Positions 20,297 to 31,049 of a DNA stretch of 64,000 nucleotides are shown piece after piece. Numbering within the stretch: position 1 is the first letter of the stretch; each line of letters opens with the position of its first letter. Origin of the DNA: Ruminococcus albus (GTDB lineage: Bacteria > Bacillota > Clostridia > Oscillospirales > Ruminococcaceae). The stretch lies in NCBI RefSeq assembly GCF_900109655.1, contig NZ_FOAT01000005.1, positions 1-64,000 of the forward strand. Direction: 5' to 3'. A model generated the notes under the pieces. The model was given only the letters and a program-made list of their open reading frames with translations, searched no databases and was not told the DNA's origin. The translations under genes were made by a program, and so were the position numbers.

Positions 20297-21097
20297 ATGT
20301 TAGACAGATTTCTTATAAGGCTGGAGGATATGCTGCCTAATCTGCTGGCGGCGGGTATAATCCTTGTGGGCGGATACATCGCCCAGGTGATAACCCTGCG
20401 GCTCATGGGCAAGGGACTGAAGCTCAAACACGTTGATGCTACGGTACACAAGTTCCTGATGTCAATGGTCAAGGTGATAATAACTGTCATCGTTGTGGTG
20501 AGTGCGCTTTCGGCTTTGAAAGTGCCTATGTCCTCGATACTGGCGGCTATCGGCACGGCGGGAATCGCCATCGGTCTTGCTTTGCAGGACAGCCTTTCAA
20601 ACGTGGCGGGCGGGTTCATAATACTCTTCGCGAAGCCTTTCCGCTGTGGTGATTACATCAAGATAGGCGATGACGAGGGCACGGTGGACATGATATCGAT
20701 ACTGTACACCAAGCTGAACACCATCGAAAACAAGGCGGTATACATCCCCAACAGCATAGCTTCAAAAAGCTCGGTAACGAACTGCACTGCTGAAAAGAAC
20801 CGCTGTCTTGAGCTGAAATTCCCCATATCCTACTCCGAAGATCACAAGAAGGTCATGGAGCTGGTTCGGGGTGTGCTTCAGGCTGATGACAGGGTGCTTT
20901 CGGTGCCTGCGAAGCCGTTGGTAGTGATCGGGGAGCATGGTACTCATGCGATAATAATCCTGACGCGTTCATGGGTGAAGACGGAGAATTACTGGCAGGT
21001 ACGCTGGGATATCCTGCAGAAGATAAAGGAAGCTTTTGACGAGAACGGGATCATCATTCCTTTTGAACAGCTGGATATTCATATGAGGGATAAGTAA
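20297..21097 (+). CDS. mscS: Small-conductance mechanosensitive channel (MscS family)
   Basis: Three TM helices followed by the conserved MscS core ...GIAIGLALQDSLSNVAGGFIILFAKPFRCGDYIKIGD.EGTV; the likely start is the ATG at 20297 (MLDRF). Confidence 0.85.
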   Translation: MLDRFLIRLEDMLPNLLAAGIILVGGYIAQVITLRLMGKGLKLKHVDATVHKFLMSMVKVIITVIVVVSALSALKVPMSSILAAIGTAGIAIGLALQDSLSNVAGGFIILFAKPFRCGDYIKIGDDEGTVDMISILYTKLNTIENKAVYIPNSIASKSSVTNCTAEKNRCLELKFPISYSEDHKKVMELVRGVLQADDRVLSVPAKPLVVIGEHGTHAIIILTRSWVKTENYWQVRWDILQKIKEAFDENGIIIPFEQLDIHMRDK

Positions 21098-21119
21098 GGA
21101 TATTCTTTTGTGGTAATAA

Positions 21120-21530
21120 TAGGCAGGGGCATCATCGGGGTGGCTGATGGTGCTCTTTTTGTATAGTATGGTTTTGTTAGGGTTTATCGTAGATTTTTGG
21201 GGTTGTTGGGATAGTCTGGTGTTAGTTGTGTACGATAGAATGTGAGTTTTCGCCGTTGATTTCGGGCGCGGCAATATTTTTACGCACATAGTTTGAGCGT
21301 GGACAAAAGATTTGTCCACGCTCTGAAATTTTTTTATTGCCGCGCCTTATTTGGACGTTAGTTTGTTTTGCTATTTACTGCTTTATTGCCACGTCACTTT
21401 GGTGCCTTGACCGAGAGGCGCTGCCTCTAACAGTCAGCTTTGCTGACTGTGTGCTCTCCGCAAGCCTTTCGCGAAAGGCTTGAGCCAAAGCTCTCTTCAC
21501 TGGCATTCTATCCTAAACCCTGCAACGTTT
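21120..21530. repeat. Mosaic of intergenic REP-like repeats (terminator-like hairpin, gagcgtggacaaa...tttgtccacgctc palindrome, tattgccgcgcc motif, caagcctttcgcgaaaggcttg palindrome)
   Basis: Direct sequence identity with 6517-6640, 25560-25870, 20-160 and 34440-34650. Confidence 0.7.
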
Positions 21531-21641
21531 CCACCACGCACTATAATTATGAATTATGAATTATGAATTGACCCAGGGCTTTACAATCGCAGGAAAATAT
21601 GTTATAATATCCTTTATGAATCAATTCCGAAACGGAGGATA

Positions 21642-22907
21642 ATGATGCATTTGAAAGCAAATAAACTCGCTGCAATGCTGTGCGTTGCTTTGATGACGGC
21701 TTCTGCCGGCTGCGCAAGTATGGGCATAAGAGATACAGAGGGTCTTGATAACGGCAAGGAACCACCTGTCGGTATAAAAGACCAAGGCTTGAATATTAAG
21801 AATAAAGCCGATGACGAGATAACCACCGATGAGGAGCAGGCTGAAAAGCTTCCTATCCCCGAAGATCAGCCATCCAATGTGGTATCCCTGCTCTGCGCAG
21901 GCGATAATCTTGTTCATGATAATATCTATAACGAGGCTTGGCATAAGGGCAATGACGATCATTATGATTTCACCTACGCTTACCAGAATGTGGAGCGTTA
22001 CCTTGAAGGCACCGACCTTGCGATACTAAATCAGGAAACTCTCGTGACTGATGATTACGGCCCCCAGAGCTACCCCCTCTTTGCCACACCTACCGCAAAC
22101 GGCGACCATATGGTGGATATCGGCTTCAATGTCATATCCATGAGCAATAACCATGTGCTGGATATGGGCGGAAACGGTCTAATAAGCAGTCTTGACTACT
22201 GGGACAGCAAGGGCGTTGTACACTACGGCGCTTACCGCGATGAAGCCGACAGCGAAAATATCCGCATCAAGGAGATAAACGGCATAACCTTTGCATTCCT
22301 GGGATATATGGAGCATACCAACGGTTACTATATTGAAGAGGGCGAGCCCGGCAGAGTGGTATACCTCTCCGATGAGGATATCGTTGAGCGTCAGGTGAGG
22401 GCGGCAAACGAACTCGCTGATGTGGTGGTAGTAAGCTGTCATTTCGGCAACGAGATAGAGAACGAGCTGAATGTGGTTCAGGAGACTATGGCGCCAAAGC
22501 TGGTGGAATGGGGTGCAGACCTCATTATCGGTACTCAGGCGCATACCATAAGCACCTGCAATTATATAGATAAGCCCGACGGCGGACAGGCTTTCTGCTA
22601 CTATGGTCTGGGAAATTTCATCTCTACCATGTACGACCTCCGCGCACCTGTGGGAATCATAGGCAAGCTGAATGTGGTGAAAGACCCCGAAACAGGGAAT
22701 ATCAGCTTTGAAAACGTCAAGGCGATACCCATAATCTCTCACTTTGAAGCCGACAGCTACGATGGCGACTGGTACAACTGCGCCGAGTATCCCTACAAGG
22801 ACTATACCGACGAAATGTTCGAGAGAAACTATATCGAAGGCTTCAACAGACAGTGCGTCGAGGACTGCCTCAGCTATATCCCCGATGAATTTCTTAGCAT
22901 AGAATAA
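21642..22907 (+). CDS. CapA/PGA_cap-family metallophosphatase-fold lipoprotein (poly-gamma-glutamate capsule synthesis-like)
   Basis: Lipoprotein signal (TASAGC); CapA-like core LLCAGDNLVHDNIY...ISMSNNHVLDMG...VVVSCHFGNE. Confidence 0.7.
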   Translation: MMHLKANKLAAMLCVALMTASAGCASMGIRDTEGLDNGKEPPVGIKDQGLNIKNKADDEITTDEEQAEKLPIPEDQPSNVVSLLCAGDNLVHDNIYNEAWHKGNDDHYDFTYAYQNVERYLEGTDLAILNQETLVTDDYGPQSYPLFATPTANGDHMVDIGFNVISMSNNHVLDMGGNGLISSLDYWDSKGVVHYGAYRDEADSENIRIKEINGITFAFLGYMEHTNGYYIEEGEPGRVVYLSDEDIVERQVRAANELADVVVVSCHFGNEIENELNVVQETMAPKLVEWGADLIIGTQAHTISTCNYIDKPDGGQAFCYYGLGNFISTMYDLRAPVGIIGKLNVVKDPETGNISFENVKAIPIISHFEADSYDGDWYNCAEYPYKDYTDEMFERNYIEGFNRQCVEDCLSYIPDEFLSIE

Positions 22908-22911
22908 TTAT

Positions 22912-22948
22912 TGCGCCCATGTTTATACATGGGCGATATTTTTTTGCA
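22912..22948 (+). terminator. Rho-independent terminator after the capA-like gene
   Basis: gcgcccatgt-ttatac-atgggcg followed by atatttttttgc. Confidence 0.75.
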
Positions 22949-23157
22949 GTTTCAGGAAATGATATGAACTTAAAATCAATTCACCGAAAATTCAGTGCAA
23001 AAACCGCAATAATGGGTTAATAATATTACACAATGCAGTAAATTGTTATTGCATTACTTTGCAGAATGTATTAAAATATATCTAAAGCACTTCGGCGAAT
23101 GTTTTTGCTGAAAGTTTCATTTTTTGATATCATAGCAAAATTAGGAGGTAACAGCCA

Positions 23158-25503
23158 ATGAAATTTGCTGACGGTTTCTGGCTCAATCAGAGGGGCTACG
23201 AAGTTAACTACATGGTGCAGACTTATGATGTGGTGGAAGTCGAGAATGGCTTCATGGTAGTGGCTACACCATTTTCGGGCAGAGAGAGATACAAGCTGCT
23301 GGGCAGTGCAAATCTGGAGATCACATATACATCTGAATTTGAAAATGTTATCAGGGTGAACATCACTCACCACAAGGGATATAAGGATAACGGACCCCAT
23401 TTCGCACTGAACAAGGGCAGCTATAAGCCCGTTGTTACGATAAATGAGCATGAAGCTGTGCTGGTATCCGGAGATACCAAGATAGTAGTATCCCGTGATA
23501 ACTGGAACGTTTCATATTTTTACAAAGATAAAAAACTCACAAGCGGCGGCTGGAGAAGTACAGGCGTTATCAAGGAGAGCGCGTTCAAGCAGCAGGCTAG
23601 AATGGCTGTTCAGGCTGACGACACTTTCTGGAGCTATCCTGCCGACCCTCATAAGACCTATATCAGGGAACAGCTTGATACCACTGTGGGCGAGTACTTC
23701 TACGGTTTCGGCGAGAAGTTTACCACTTTCACAAAAAATGGTCAGAATGTTGAGATATGGAATGCCGACGGCGGCACCTGCTCCGACCAGAGCTACAAGA
23801 GCGTTCCTTTCTACGTTTCTTCACGCGGATACGGCATTTTCGTGAACTCTACCGACAAAGTCAGCTTTGAGGTATGTTCCGATACCGTATCAAAGGTCAG
23901 CTTCACCCTGCCCGGCGAGAATATGGAGTATTTCGTATTTGGCGGCGAGAACCTGACAGAAGTTATGAAGGGCTACACCGACCTTACAGGCAAGCCCGCA
24001 CTTCCCCCTGCTTTCACATTCGGTCTGTGGCTGACTTCCTCATTCACCACCAGCTACGACGAAGCCACCATAACAGGCTTTATCGACGGCATGGCTGAAA
24101 GGGATATACCTCTCCAGGTCTTCCACTTTGACTGCTTCTGGATGAAAGGTCTGGAATGGTGCAATTTTGAATGGGATACCGAACAGTTCCCCGACCCCGA
24201 GGGTCTGCTGAAAAGACTTCACGAGACCAAGGGTCTGAAGACCTGCGTATGGATAAATCCCTATGTTGGTCAGCGTTCACGCCTCTTCGATGAGGGCATG
24301 GAGCACGGCTATTTCATCAAAAACACAGATGGCTCGGTGTTCCAGTGCGATGAATGGCAGCCCGGTATGGCGATAGTTGACTTCACCAACCCCGATGCCT
24401 GCAAGTGGTACGCAGGATATCTGCGCAAACTCTGCGAAATGGGTGTTGATACCTTCAAGACCGACTTCGGCGAGAGGATACCCACCAGAGATGTGGTATA
24501 CTTCAACGGCGCAGATCCCATAAAGATGCACAACTTCTATACCTACCTCTATAACGAGTGCGTTTTCAACGTGCTGAAAGAGTACTACGGCGAGAACAAG
24601 GCTTGCCTGTTCGCAAGGTCCGCAACAGCGGGCGGACAGAAATTCCCTGTACACTGGGGCGGTGACTGCTCGGGCAACTACAACTCAATGGCTGAGGTCG
24701 TTAGAGGCTGTCTGAGCCTTTGTATCTCGGGATTCGGCTATACCTCCCACGATATGGCAGGCTTTGAAGCTACTGCTACCCCCGATATATATAAGAGATG
24801 GGCGGCATTCGGTCTGTTCTCAACCCATTCGAGACTTCACGGAAACCAGTCCTACCGCGTGCCGTGGCTGTTTGATGAGGAAAGCTGCGATGTTCTGCGC
24901 TTCTTCACCAAGAAAAAAGGCGAGCTGATGCCTTACATATGGTCACAGGCTATAAAGACCCATGAGGTCGGCGTCACCATGATGAGAGCCATGGTAATTG
25001 ATTTTGCCGATGACCCCGCTTGTCTTACCCTTGACAGACAGTATATGCTGGGCGATAATATCCTTGTTGCGCCTATACTCAACGAAGAGGGCATAGCACA
25101 GTACTACGTGCCCGAGGGCAGATGGACGGATATCATCACAGGCAAGGTCTTCGAGGGCGGCAGATGGTACACCCATAAGTGCAGCTATTTCGAGATCCCT
25201 GCCCTTGCAAAGCCTAACAGTATAATCCCCTACGGCAGCTTCAAGAAGGATTTTGAGTACAATTATTTGGACGACACCAACTTTACAATATACGAGCTTG
25301 AAGATGGTAAATCTGCTGTATGCCCTGTTTACGATACCGAAGCTAATAAAGTATTCGAGCTGAAAGCCACAAGAAACGGCAATAAGATAGAGTGCGAATA
25401 TACCAATACCGATGTAAGCTTCAAGATCAGCGTAGCAAACACCGATAAGTTCGTGGAAGTTGATCCAAAGGCAAATGGCTGCAAGGTTGTAATTGATCTG
25501 TGA
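23158..25503 (+). CDS. Glycoside hydrolase family 31 enzyme, YicI-like alpha-xylosidase/alpha-glucosidase
   Basis: 781 aa; the N-terminus MKFADGFWLNQRGYEV resembles E. coli YicI; GH31 catalytic region (WINPY..., KTDFGE, HWGGDC). Confidence 0.85.
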   Translation: MKFADGFWLNQRGYEVNYMVQTYDVVEVENGFMVVATPFSGRERYKLLGSANLEITYTSEFENVIRVNITHHKGYKDNGPHFALNKGSYKPVVTINEHEAVLVSGDTKIVVSRDNWNVSYFYKDKKLTSGGWRSTGVIKESAFKQQARMAVQADDTFWSYPADPHKTYIREQLDTTVGEYFYGFGEKFTTFTKNGQNVEIWNADGGTCSDQSYKSVPFYVSSRGYGIFVNSTDKVSFEVCSDTVSKVSFTLPGENMEYFVFGGENLTEVMKGYTDLTGKPALPPAFTFGLWLTSSFTTSYDEATITGFIDGMAERDIPLQVFHFDCFWMKGLEWCNFEWDTEQFPDPEGLLKRLHETKGLKTCVWINPYVGQRSRLFDEGMEHGYFIKNTDGSVFQCDEWQPGMAIVDFTNPDACKWYAGYLRKLCEMGVDTFKTDFGERIPTRDVVYFNGADPIKMHNFYTYLYNECVFNVLKEYYGENKACLFARSATAGGQKFPVHWGGDCSGNYNSMAEVVRGCLSLCISGFGYTSHDMAGFEATATPDIYKRWAAFGLFSTHSRLHGNQSYRVPWLFDEESCDVLRFFTKKKGELMPYIWSQAIKTHEVGVTMMRAMVIDFADDPACLTLDRQYMLGDNILVAPILNEEGIAQYYVPEGRWTDIITGKVFEGGRWYTHKCSYFEIPALAKPNSIIPYGSFKKDFEYNYLDDTNFTIYELEDGKSAVCPVYDTEANKVFELKATRNGNKIECEYTNTDVSFKISVANTDKFVEVDPKANGCKVVIDL

Positions 25504-25740
25504 TGTAGCAAAAGCTAACTGATTCCGCGGCAGCAAATCTGCGCACCAGACAAACTATGCCGCGAAACAAGCTTTTGATCAAGCTTTTCACGAAAAGCTT
25601 GCGGGAGTTTGAGGGCAGAGCCCTCAATCACCAAGGCGCAAAATCGGCGCGGCAACCGTGCCGTCAATAAAACAGCAATCTACCCGCCATGTCAAAAAGG
25701 TGCGGCACGCGGTCGACGCAGTCACCGCTACAAAAATATG

Positions 25741-25780
25741 AGCGTGGACAAATCAAACAGTCCACGCTCTTTCTTTCTGC
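25741..25780 (+). terminator. Hairpin plus T-rich tail downstream of the GH31 gene; part of the REP-like family
   Basis: gagcgtggac-aaatcaaaca-gtccacgctc followed by tttctttct. Confidence 0.55.
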
Positions 25781-25912
25781 GTAAATATATTGCCGCGCCC
25801 GCTGTCAAACAGCGAAGCGTCTTTGACAGCTCGCCCCGAGGAACGAGGGGCGAGCTGATACCGCAGTACGTAGGGCAAAAGTGACGCAGTATTGAACAGT
25901 ACCTTACGAATA

Positions 25913-26662
25913 CTATTTCGCAAGGTTCTGCCTGAGTTCGTCTTTCAGTCCGCGCATGATGATATCTCTTGCCCGGAGAGCGCCATCTTTGGACAGGGGC
26001 GGGGTGTCGCCAAGGGGATAGTCCAAGCCAAGTTCCTCGTACTTGTGCCTGCCCAGAGTATGATAGGGCAGGACATCAAGGGCTTTGAGGGTCTTTATGC
26101 GGGCGAGAAAGTGTCCCAGCTTATAAAGGCTTTCTTCATCGTCGGTAATGTCGGGGACTACAACGTGCCTTATCCACACGGGTATGCCATTATCGCTGAG
26201 ATACTCCGCAAAAGCGAGTATGCCCTTATTATCGTGACCTGTAAGCTTTTTATGCTTCTCGGGGTCGATGTGCTTTATATCCAGCATGACAAGGTCGGTG
26301 GACTTGATAAGTCGGTCAAATGCGGCGGTATCCTTTGGGTTAAAAGTTATGCCGCTGGTATCAAGGCAGGTGTTTATGCCTTTGGACTTCGCCTTTTCAA
26401 AAAGCTCCGTCAGAAAAACGATCTGTAGACAGGGCTCGCCCCCTGTGCAGGTTATGCCGCCGTTATGCATGAATTCCTTTACCGCATCATACTCGGTGAG
26501 GATATCCTCTGCTGTGACTTCCCTGCCGCCGTCCGACCGCCATGTATCGGGATTGTGACAGTAAAGGCACCTCATGGGGCAGCCCTGAAAGAACACCACG
26601 AACCTTGTTCCGGGGCCGTCAACAGCGCTGAAACTTTCTACCGAATGGATACGTCCCGTCAT
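25913..26662 (-). CDS. pflA: Pyruvate formate-lyase activating enzyme (radical SAM)
   Basis: GCPMRCLYCHNPDTW radical-SAM cluster motif; 249 aa; the N-terminus (HSVESFSAVDGPGTRFVVFFQGC) is typical of PflA. Confidence 0.9.
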   Translation of the reverse strand: MTGRIHSVESFSAVDGPGTRFVVFFQGCPMRCLYCHNPDTWRSDGGREVTAEDILTEYDAVKEFMHNGGITCTGGEPCLQIVFLTELFEKAKSKGINTCLDTSGITFNPKDTAAFDRLIKSTDLVMLDIKHIDPEKHKKLTGHDNKGILAFAEYLSDNGIPVWIRHVVVPDITDDEESLYKLGHFLARIKTLKALDVLPYHTLGRHKYEELGLDYPLGDTPPLSKDGALRARDIIMRGLKDELRQNLAK

Positions 26663-26727
26663 TAAAACATCTCCTTAACCTGTAAATGACATCAGAAGTT
26701 CCCCAAACAGCGATCTCAATGTCATTA

Positions 26728-27708
26728 CTATAAAATACCCAAAAGCCTGAGCAGAACAATCACACCGCCGCCAAGCATCAGTATGCCGAATCCCATTAGT
26801 GCCCATGTTGATGGGTCGCTGCCGCGGAAGAAATCTCTGGGGTCATTAGGGTTCACCATGATATCGGTGCCCTCGCCCTCATAGAACTGCTGGGGGCTGG
26901 TATAAACATCATCATATGCAGTATAGGCTCTTCCGCCTGCGATATACTGCCATATGGGAGCGTACATCATACGATGGTGCTTGCCCGAACTTCTCTTCTC
27001 GCGGTTGCCTATGCACACCGCCCTTGTTTTCTCGGTACAACGGCGGAGTTTCATGTGCCTTGAAATAGGCGGTGCGGCGGTGAGGAAAAGTCCCGCAAGT
27101 GTGAGGGTCGCACCTGCCGCATAGTCGGTGAGAGAGGGTGTGAAGAGGGTGACAAGTCCCGCAAGACCGAAAAGTCCGCTGCCGACTGCGCCCATCATAG
27201 CTTTGAATTTACGCTCGGGCTTATAGTCCTCCATCTCTTTGCGGGTCATCAGGCAGGTACCCATGATGCCGAAGCCCAGAGACATAGCCGCCAGTGAGCC
27301 CGAAAATCTTCCTATGGTGAGAAGACCTATTATTCCCGCAAACATCGGGGCGAAGCATTTCAGGCTGAACTGCTTGTCGGGAACGTGTTCGGGGAGCAGG
27401 GTGTTTGGATTCTGACCAAGCTGAGTGGGCTGCCCCTGTGGGACTGACCTGTTCATCTGCATGGACTGACCGAACTGATTTGGCTGACCATACTGTGCAG
27501 GCTGTCCGTTCTGCACGGGCATCATCTGACCGTTCTGAACTGTATCAATATTCACAAGCTCTGGGTTCTGCTGTCTTGTGGGCTGATAATACTGTTCTCT
27601 GTTTGATTGCATTATGCATTCTCCTTTTTGTATTGTCTCCTTGATATTTCTTTCTATTGGGTTTTCCCATATTGATTTTACCATATTTTTCGGGAAAAGT
27701 AAAGTCAT
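26728..27708 (-). CDS. Membrane protein with Gln/Pro-rich N-terminus, four or more TM helices and a C-terminal DUF3592-like domain (tentative)
   Basis: Low-complexity Q-rich N-terminus; hydrophobic helices; a C-terminal about 90-aa soluble domain. Confidence 0.4.
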   Translation of the reverse strand: MTLLFPKNMVKSIWENPIERNIKETIQKGECIMQSNREQYYQPTRQQNPELVNIDTVQNGQMMPVQNGQPAQYGQPNQFGQSMQMNRSVPQGQPTQLGQNPNTLLPEHVPDKQFSLKCFAPMFAGIIGLLTIGRFSGSLAAMSLGFGIMGTCLMTRKEMEDYKPERKFKAMMGAVGSGLFGLAGLVTLFTPSLTDYAAGATLTLAGLFLTAAPPISRHMKLRRCTEKTRAVCIGNREKRSSGKHHRMMYAPIWQYIAGGRAYTAYDDVYTSPQQFYEGEGTDIMVNPNDPRDFFRGSDPSTWALMGFGILMLGGGVIVLLRLLGIL

Positions 27709-27718
27709 GAAATCTATA

Positions 27719-27970
27719 TCATTCGGTATCTATCCACTTTTCTATCTCTTTAACTACCGCACTCATTTTAGTGTCAAGTGCGCATGAAAGTTTATACAGC
27801 GTTTCCAGCGTAGGCTTGCGCTCCCCTCTTTCAATGGCGCTCAGGTGTGTTCTGCCGATTCCCGCCAGTCCGCTCATGACCTCCTGCGAGATGCCCTTTT
27901 TACGCCTGAATTCGGCTATTACCTCTCCCACGATTTTAGGGTCAAGCTCACCGTTGTACATATCCATCAC
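27719..27970 (-). CDS. XRE-family helix-turn-helix transcriptional regulator
   Basis: ISQEVMSGLAGIGRTHLSAIERGERKPTLETLYKLSCAL. Confidence 0.85.
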   Translation of the reverse strand: MMDMYNGELDPKIVGEVIAEFRRKKGISQEVMSGLAGIGRTHLSAIERGERKPTLETLYKLSCALDTKMSAVVKEIEKWIDTE

Positions 27971-28099
27971 CTCATAGGATATTGTACATTGATTTTGACA
28001 GATTTATGAATACATATGTTGACATTTGAACACTTATGTGTTATAATATTTTTAGAATACAAATGTATTCGTATTAATTTTACAGAAGGGGTGTTTTTT

Positions 28100-28339
28100 A
28101 TGTATGAAAATGCAGGCGAAAAATTGAAATTTCTGGCAAAGATCATCTTCGCGTTAACTATTATCGTTGGCGTTATTAGCGGATATCTTTTAGTTAAATC
28201 AATAATACTCGGTCTAATAATAGGCGTATTCATTGGCGGTATCTTCGGCTGGTTAAATTCAATACTGTTATATGCTTTTGGTGAATTATGCACAAATGTC
28301 AAGAGTATCAAGGAAACCATTACAGACGAAGATGACTAA
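28100..28339 (+). CDS. Small membrane protein (2 TM), divergent from the XRE regulator
   Basis: MYENAGEKLKF... followed by two hydrophobic helices; RBS agaagggg upstream. Confidence 0.4.
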   Translation: MYENAGEKLKFLAKIIFALTIIVGVISGYLLVKSIILGLIIGVFIGGIFGWLNSILLYAFGELCTNVKSIKETITDEDD

Positions 28340-28393
28340 AGACGCTTCAGCATAAAAGCCCTGCCACACAAGTGACAGGGCTTTATCATTAAA

Positions 28394-28645
28394 TTACAAA
28401 CTCTCGTGGAAAGTTCTGGAGATAACGTCGTCCTGCTGTTCCTTTGTCAGCTTAACGAAGTTTACTGCATATCCCGATACCCTTATTGTCAGCTGAGGGT
28501 ATTTCTCGGGGTGTGCCTGTGCGTCGAGAAGCATCTCACGGTTCAGCACGTTAACATTCAGATGATGTCCGCCCTTTTCGGCATAGCCGTCCAGCAGACC
28601 TATAAGGTTATCCACCTGTGCATCGGTAGGTTCATAATTTGCCAT
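28394..28645 (-). CDS. Stand-alone glycyl-radical domain protein (GrcA/YfiD-like; equals the C-terminal Gly-radical domain of PflB)
   Basis: [55 protein letters not shown], which is the PflB/GrcA glycyl-radical fingerprint RVSGY; own RBS aaggacgg. Confidence 0.85.
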   Translation of the reverse strand: MANYEPTDAQVDNLIGLLDGYAEKGGHHLNVNVLNREMLLDAQAHPEKYPQLTIRVSGYAVNFVKLTKEQQDDVISRTFHESL

Positions 28646-28693
28646 AACTATCCGTCCTTTCTTATACTAAACGATAGCTCGGGGACTGCGGTA

Positions 28694-28939
28694 TCACAGT
28701 TCCTCGTCGTCCTCATCGGGCGCTTTTTCGTTGGGCTGACAGCACGCTCCCGTGCCGCAGTCGTTAGTTCTGAAGGTCTGAACGGTCATTTCGGCATCGT
28801 CCTGACCCTCGCGCTTGGCTTTCAGCAGTGCTTCGGCATCGATATTTATATGACCTTCGCCGCCTGCCATAAGCCTGTCTATCATTTCGACAAGTTCGTT
28901 TACCTTGCCGTCATCATCGTTTGATGCTTTAATTGCCAT
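28694..28939 (-). CDS. 81-aa acidic hypothetical protein inserted between the pflB core and the glycyl-radical ORF (CGTGACC motif)
   Basis: A strong GGAGG RBS 8 nt upstream of an ATG that overlaps the pflB-core stop; no recognisable family; a faint N-terminal resemblance to the GrcA N-terminus (IKASNDD versus ITKAANDD). Confidence 0.5.
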   Translation of the reverse strand: MAIKASNDDDGKVNELVEMIDRLMAGGEGHINIDAEALLKAKREGQDDAEMTVQTFRTNDCGTGACCQPNEKAPDEDDEEL

Positions 28940-31049
28940 TATTAAGTTCCTCCGAAATGCTTGCGATATCTATATCGCCTACGAACATCTCATCGTCCTT
29001 GCCCAGTGCACCGGGGATAATGGAGAAGGTATTGGAGATACCGTCCTGTGCGTGTCTGAAAGGAAGCTTTGCAACAGAGGACAGTGATGAAGCAGCACCG
29101 TGAGTATCTCTGCCGTGCATGGGGTTTGCACCGGGTGCCAGAGGCACGCCGATCTTTCTGCCATCGGGGGTGGAACCTGTCTTTTTGCCGTATACCACGT
29201 TGGAAGTGATAGTCAGTATAGACATAGTAGGCACGCCGTCACGGTAGGTGTGGTGCTTTCTGATCTTGTTCATGAAGCGCTTAACGATATCAACTGCCAG
29301 CTTATCAACTCTGTCATCGTTATTGCCGTACTTGGGGAAATCACCCTCAACAACATAATCAACAACAACGTTTCTGGCAACGTCTATAACATTACCGTTC
29401 TTATCCTTTATCTGGATATCCTTGCGAACAGGTTTTACCTTAGCGTACTTGATAGCGGAGAGTGAATCCGCAACAACGGAAAGGCCTGCGATACCTGTTG
29501 CGAAGTATCTCTTGACATCTCTGTCGTGGAGAGCCATCTGGAGTCTTTCGTAGCTGTACTTATCGTGCATGAAGTGGATAACGTTCAGGGTATTTACATA
29601 CAGACCTGCCAGCCATTCCATCATATCATCATACTTCTCCATAACGTCGTCGAAGTCGAGATACTCGCCGTCAACAGGACGGTACTTAGGACCTACCTGT
29701 ACGCCCAGACGCTCGTCAACGCCGCCGTTTATAGCGTAGAGCAGGCACTTAGCCAGGTTTGCTCTTGCGCCGAAGAACTGCATCTCCTTGCCCACAACCA
29801 TTGAGGATACACAGCAGGCAACAGCGTAGTCGTCGCCATGAGTTGCTCTCATGAGGTCGTCGTTCTCGTACTGTATAGCAGAGGTGCGAATGGACATTCT
29901 TGCGCAGAACTTCTTGAAGTTCGTGGGCAGCTTAACGCTCCACAGAACGGTCATATTAGGTTCTGGTGCAGGGCCCAGATTGTTAAGTGTATTGAGGTAT
30001 CTGAAAGATGTCTTTGTTACCATGGGCACACCGTCGATGGAAACGCCGCCGATAGACTCTGTTACCCATGTGGGGTCGCCTGAGAACAGGGAGTTGTACT
30101 CGGGAGTTCTTGCGAACTTGACCAGTCTCAGCTTCATGATGAAGTGGTCTACCAGTTCCTGAGCCTGTTCCTCGGTCAGAACGCCGTTTTCGATATCTCT
30201 CTGGATATAGATATCGATGAATGTGGAAGTTCTTCCAAGTGACATTGCTGCACCGTTCTGCTCCTTGACAGCTGCAAGGTAGCCGAAGTACAGCCACTGT
30301 ATAGCTTCCTGAGCGTTCTTTGCGGGTCTGGAGATATCGCAACCGTAGATCTCACCCAGCTTTTTCAGTTCGCCCAGAGCTCTGATCTGCTCAGCAAGCT
30401 CTTCACGGAGTCTGATATTCTTGGAAGTCATTCTGACAAGAGAATTGTCCAGCTGATCCTTCTTATCCATTATAAGGTAATCAACGCCGTACAGTGCAAC
30501 ACGTCTGTAGTCACCGATGATACGGCCTCTGCCATAAGCGTCGGGCAGACCTGTCAGTATAGCTGCGTGTCTTGCGAGCTTCATCTCGGGGGTATAAGCA
30601 TCAAATACGCCCTGGTTATGGGTCTTTCTGTACTCGGTGAATATCTTCACTATCTCGGGATCCACCTCATAGCCATACTGCTTGCACGCAGCCTGAGCCA
30701 TTCTCAGTCCGCCGAAGGGCTGAAGAGAACGCTTGAAGGGCTTATCTGTCTGGAAGCCGACTATCTTTTCAAGATCCTTATCGAGATAGCCTGCTTCATG
30801 GCTTGTGATGGTAGATACTATCTTTGTATCCATATCCAGCACGCCGCCTGCTTCTCTTTCCTGTCTTGAAAGCTCAGTCACCTGTTCCCAAAGCTTTTTG
30901 GTAGCCTCGGTAGGACCTGCAAGAAAGCTCTCGTCACCGTCATAGGGTGTGAAATTCTTCTGGATAAAGTCTCTCAGATTGACAGAGGTGCTGGACCATC
31001 TGCCGGGGTTGAAACCTTTCCACTCCTCATCGAACCAATTTCTTTCCAT
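28929..31049 (-). CDS. pflB: Pyruvate formate-lyase catalytic core lacking its glycyl-radical C-terminal domain
   Basis: Collinear with E. coli PflB from the N-terminus ([41 protein letters not shown], active-site CCVSSM) up to ALGKDDE, after which 19 unrelated residues and a stop follow. Confidence 0.9.
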   Translation of the reverse strand: MERNWFDEEWKGFNPGRWSSTSVNLRDFIQKNFTPYDGDESFLAGPTEATKKLWEQVTELSRQEREAGGVLDMDTKIVSTITSHEAGYLDKDLEKIVGFQTDKPFKRSLQPFGGLRMAQAACKQYGYEVDPEIVKIFTEYRKTHNQGVFDAYTPEMKLARHAAILTGLPDAYGRGRIIGDYRRVALYGVDYLIMDKKDQLDNSLVRMTSKNIRLREELAEQIRALGELKKLGEIYGCDISRPAKNAQEAIQWLYFGYLAAVKEQNGAAMSLGRTSTFIDIYIQRDIENGVLTEEQAQELVDHFIMKLRLVKFARTPEYNSLFSGDPTWVTESIGGVSIDGVPMVTKTSFRYLNTLNNLGPAPEPNMTVLWSVKLPTNFKKFCARMSIRTSAIQYENDDLMRATHGDDYAVACCVSSMVVGKEMQFFGARANLAKCLLYAINGGVDERLGVQVGPKYRPVDGEYLDFDDVMEKYDDMMEWLAGLYVNTLNVIHFMHDKYSYERLQMALHDRDVKRYFATGIAGLSVVADSLSAIKYAKVKPVRKDIQIKDKNGNVIDVARNVVVDYVVEGDFPKYGNNDDRVDKLAVDIVKRFMNKIRKHHTYRDGVPTMSILTITSNVVYGKKTGSTPDGRKIGVPLAPGANPMHGRDTHGAASSLSSVAKLPFRHAQDGISNTFSIIPGALGKDDEMFVGDIDIASISEELNNGN

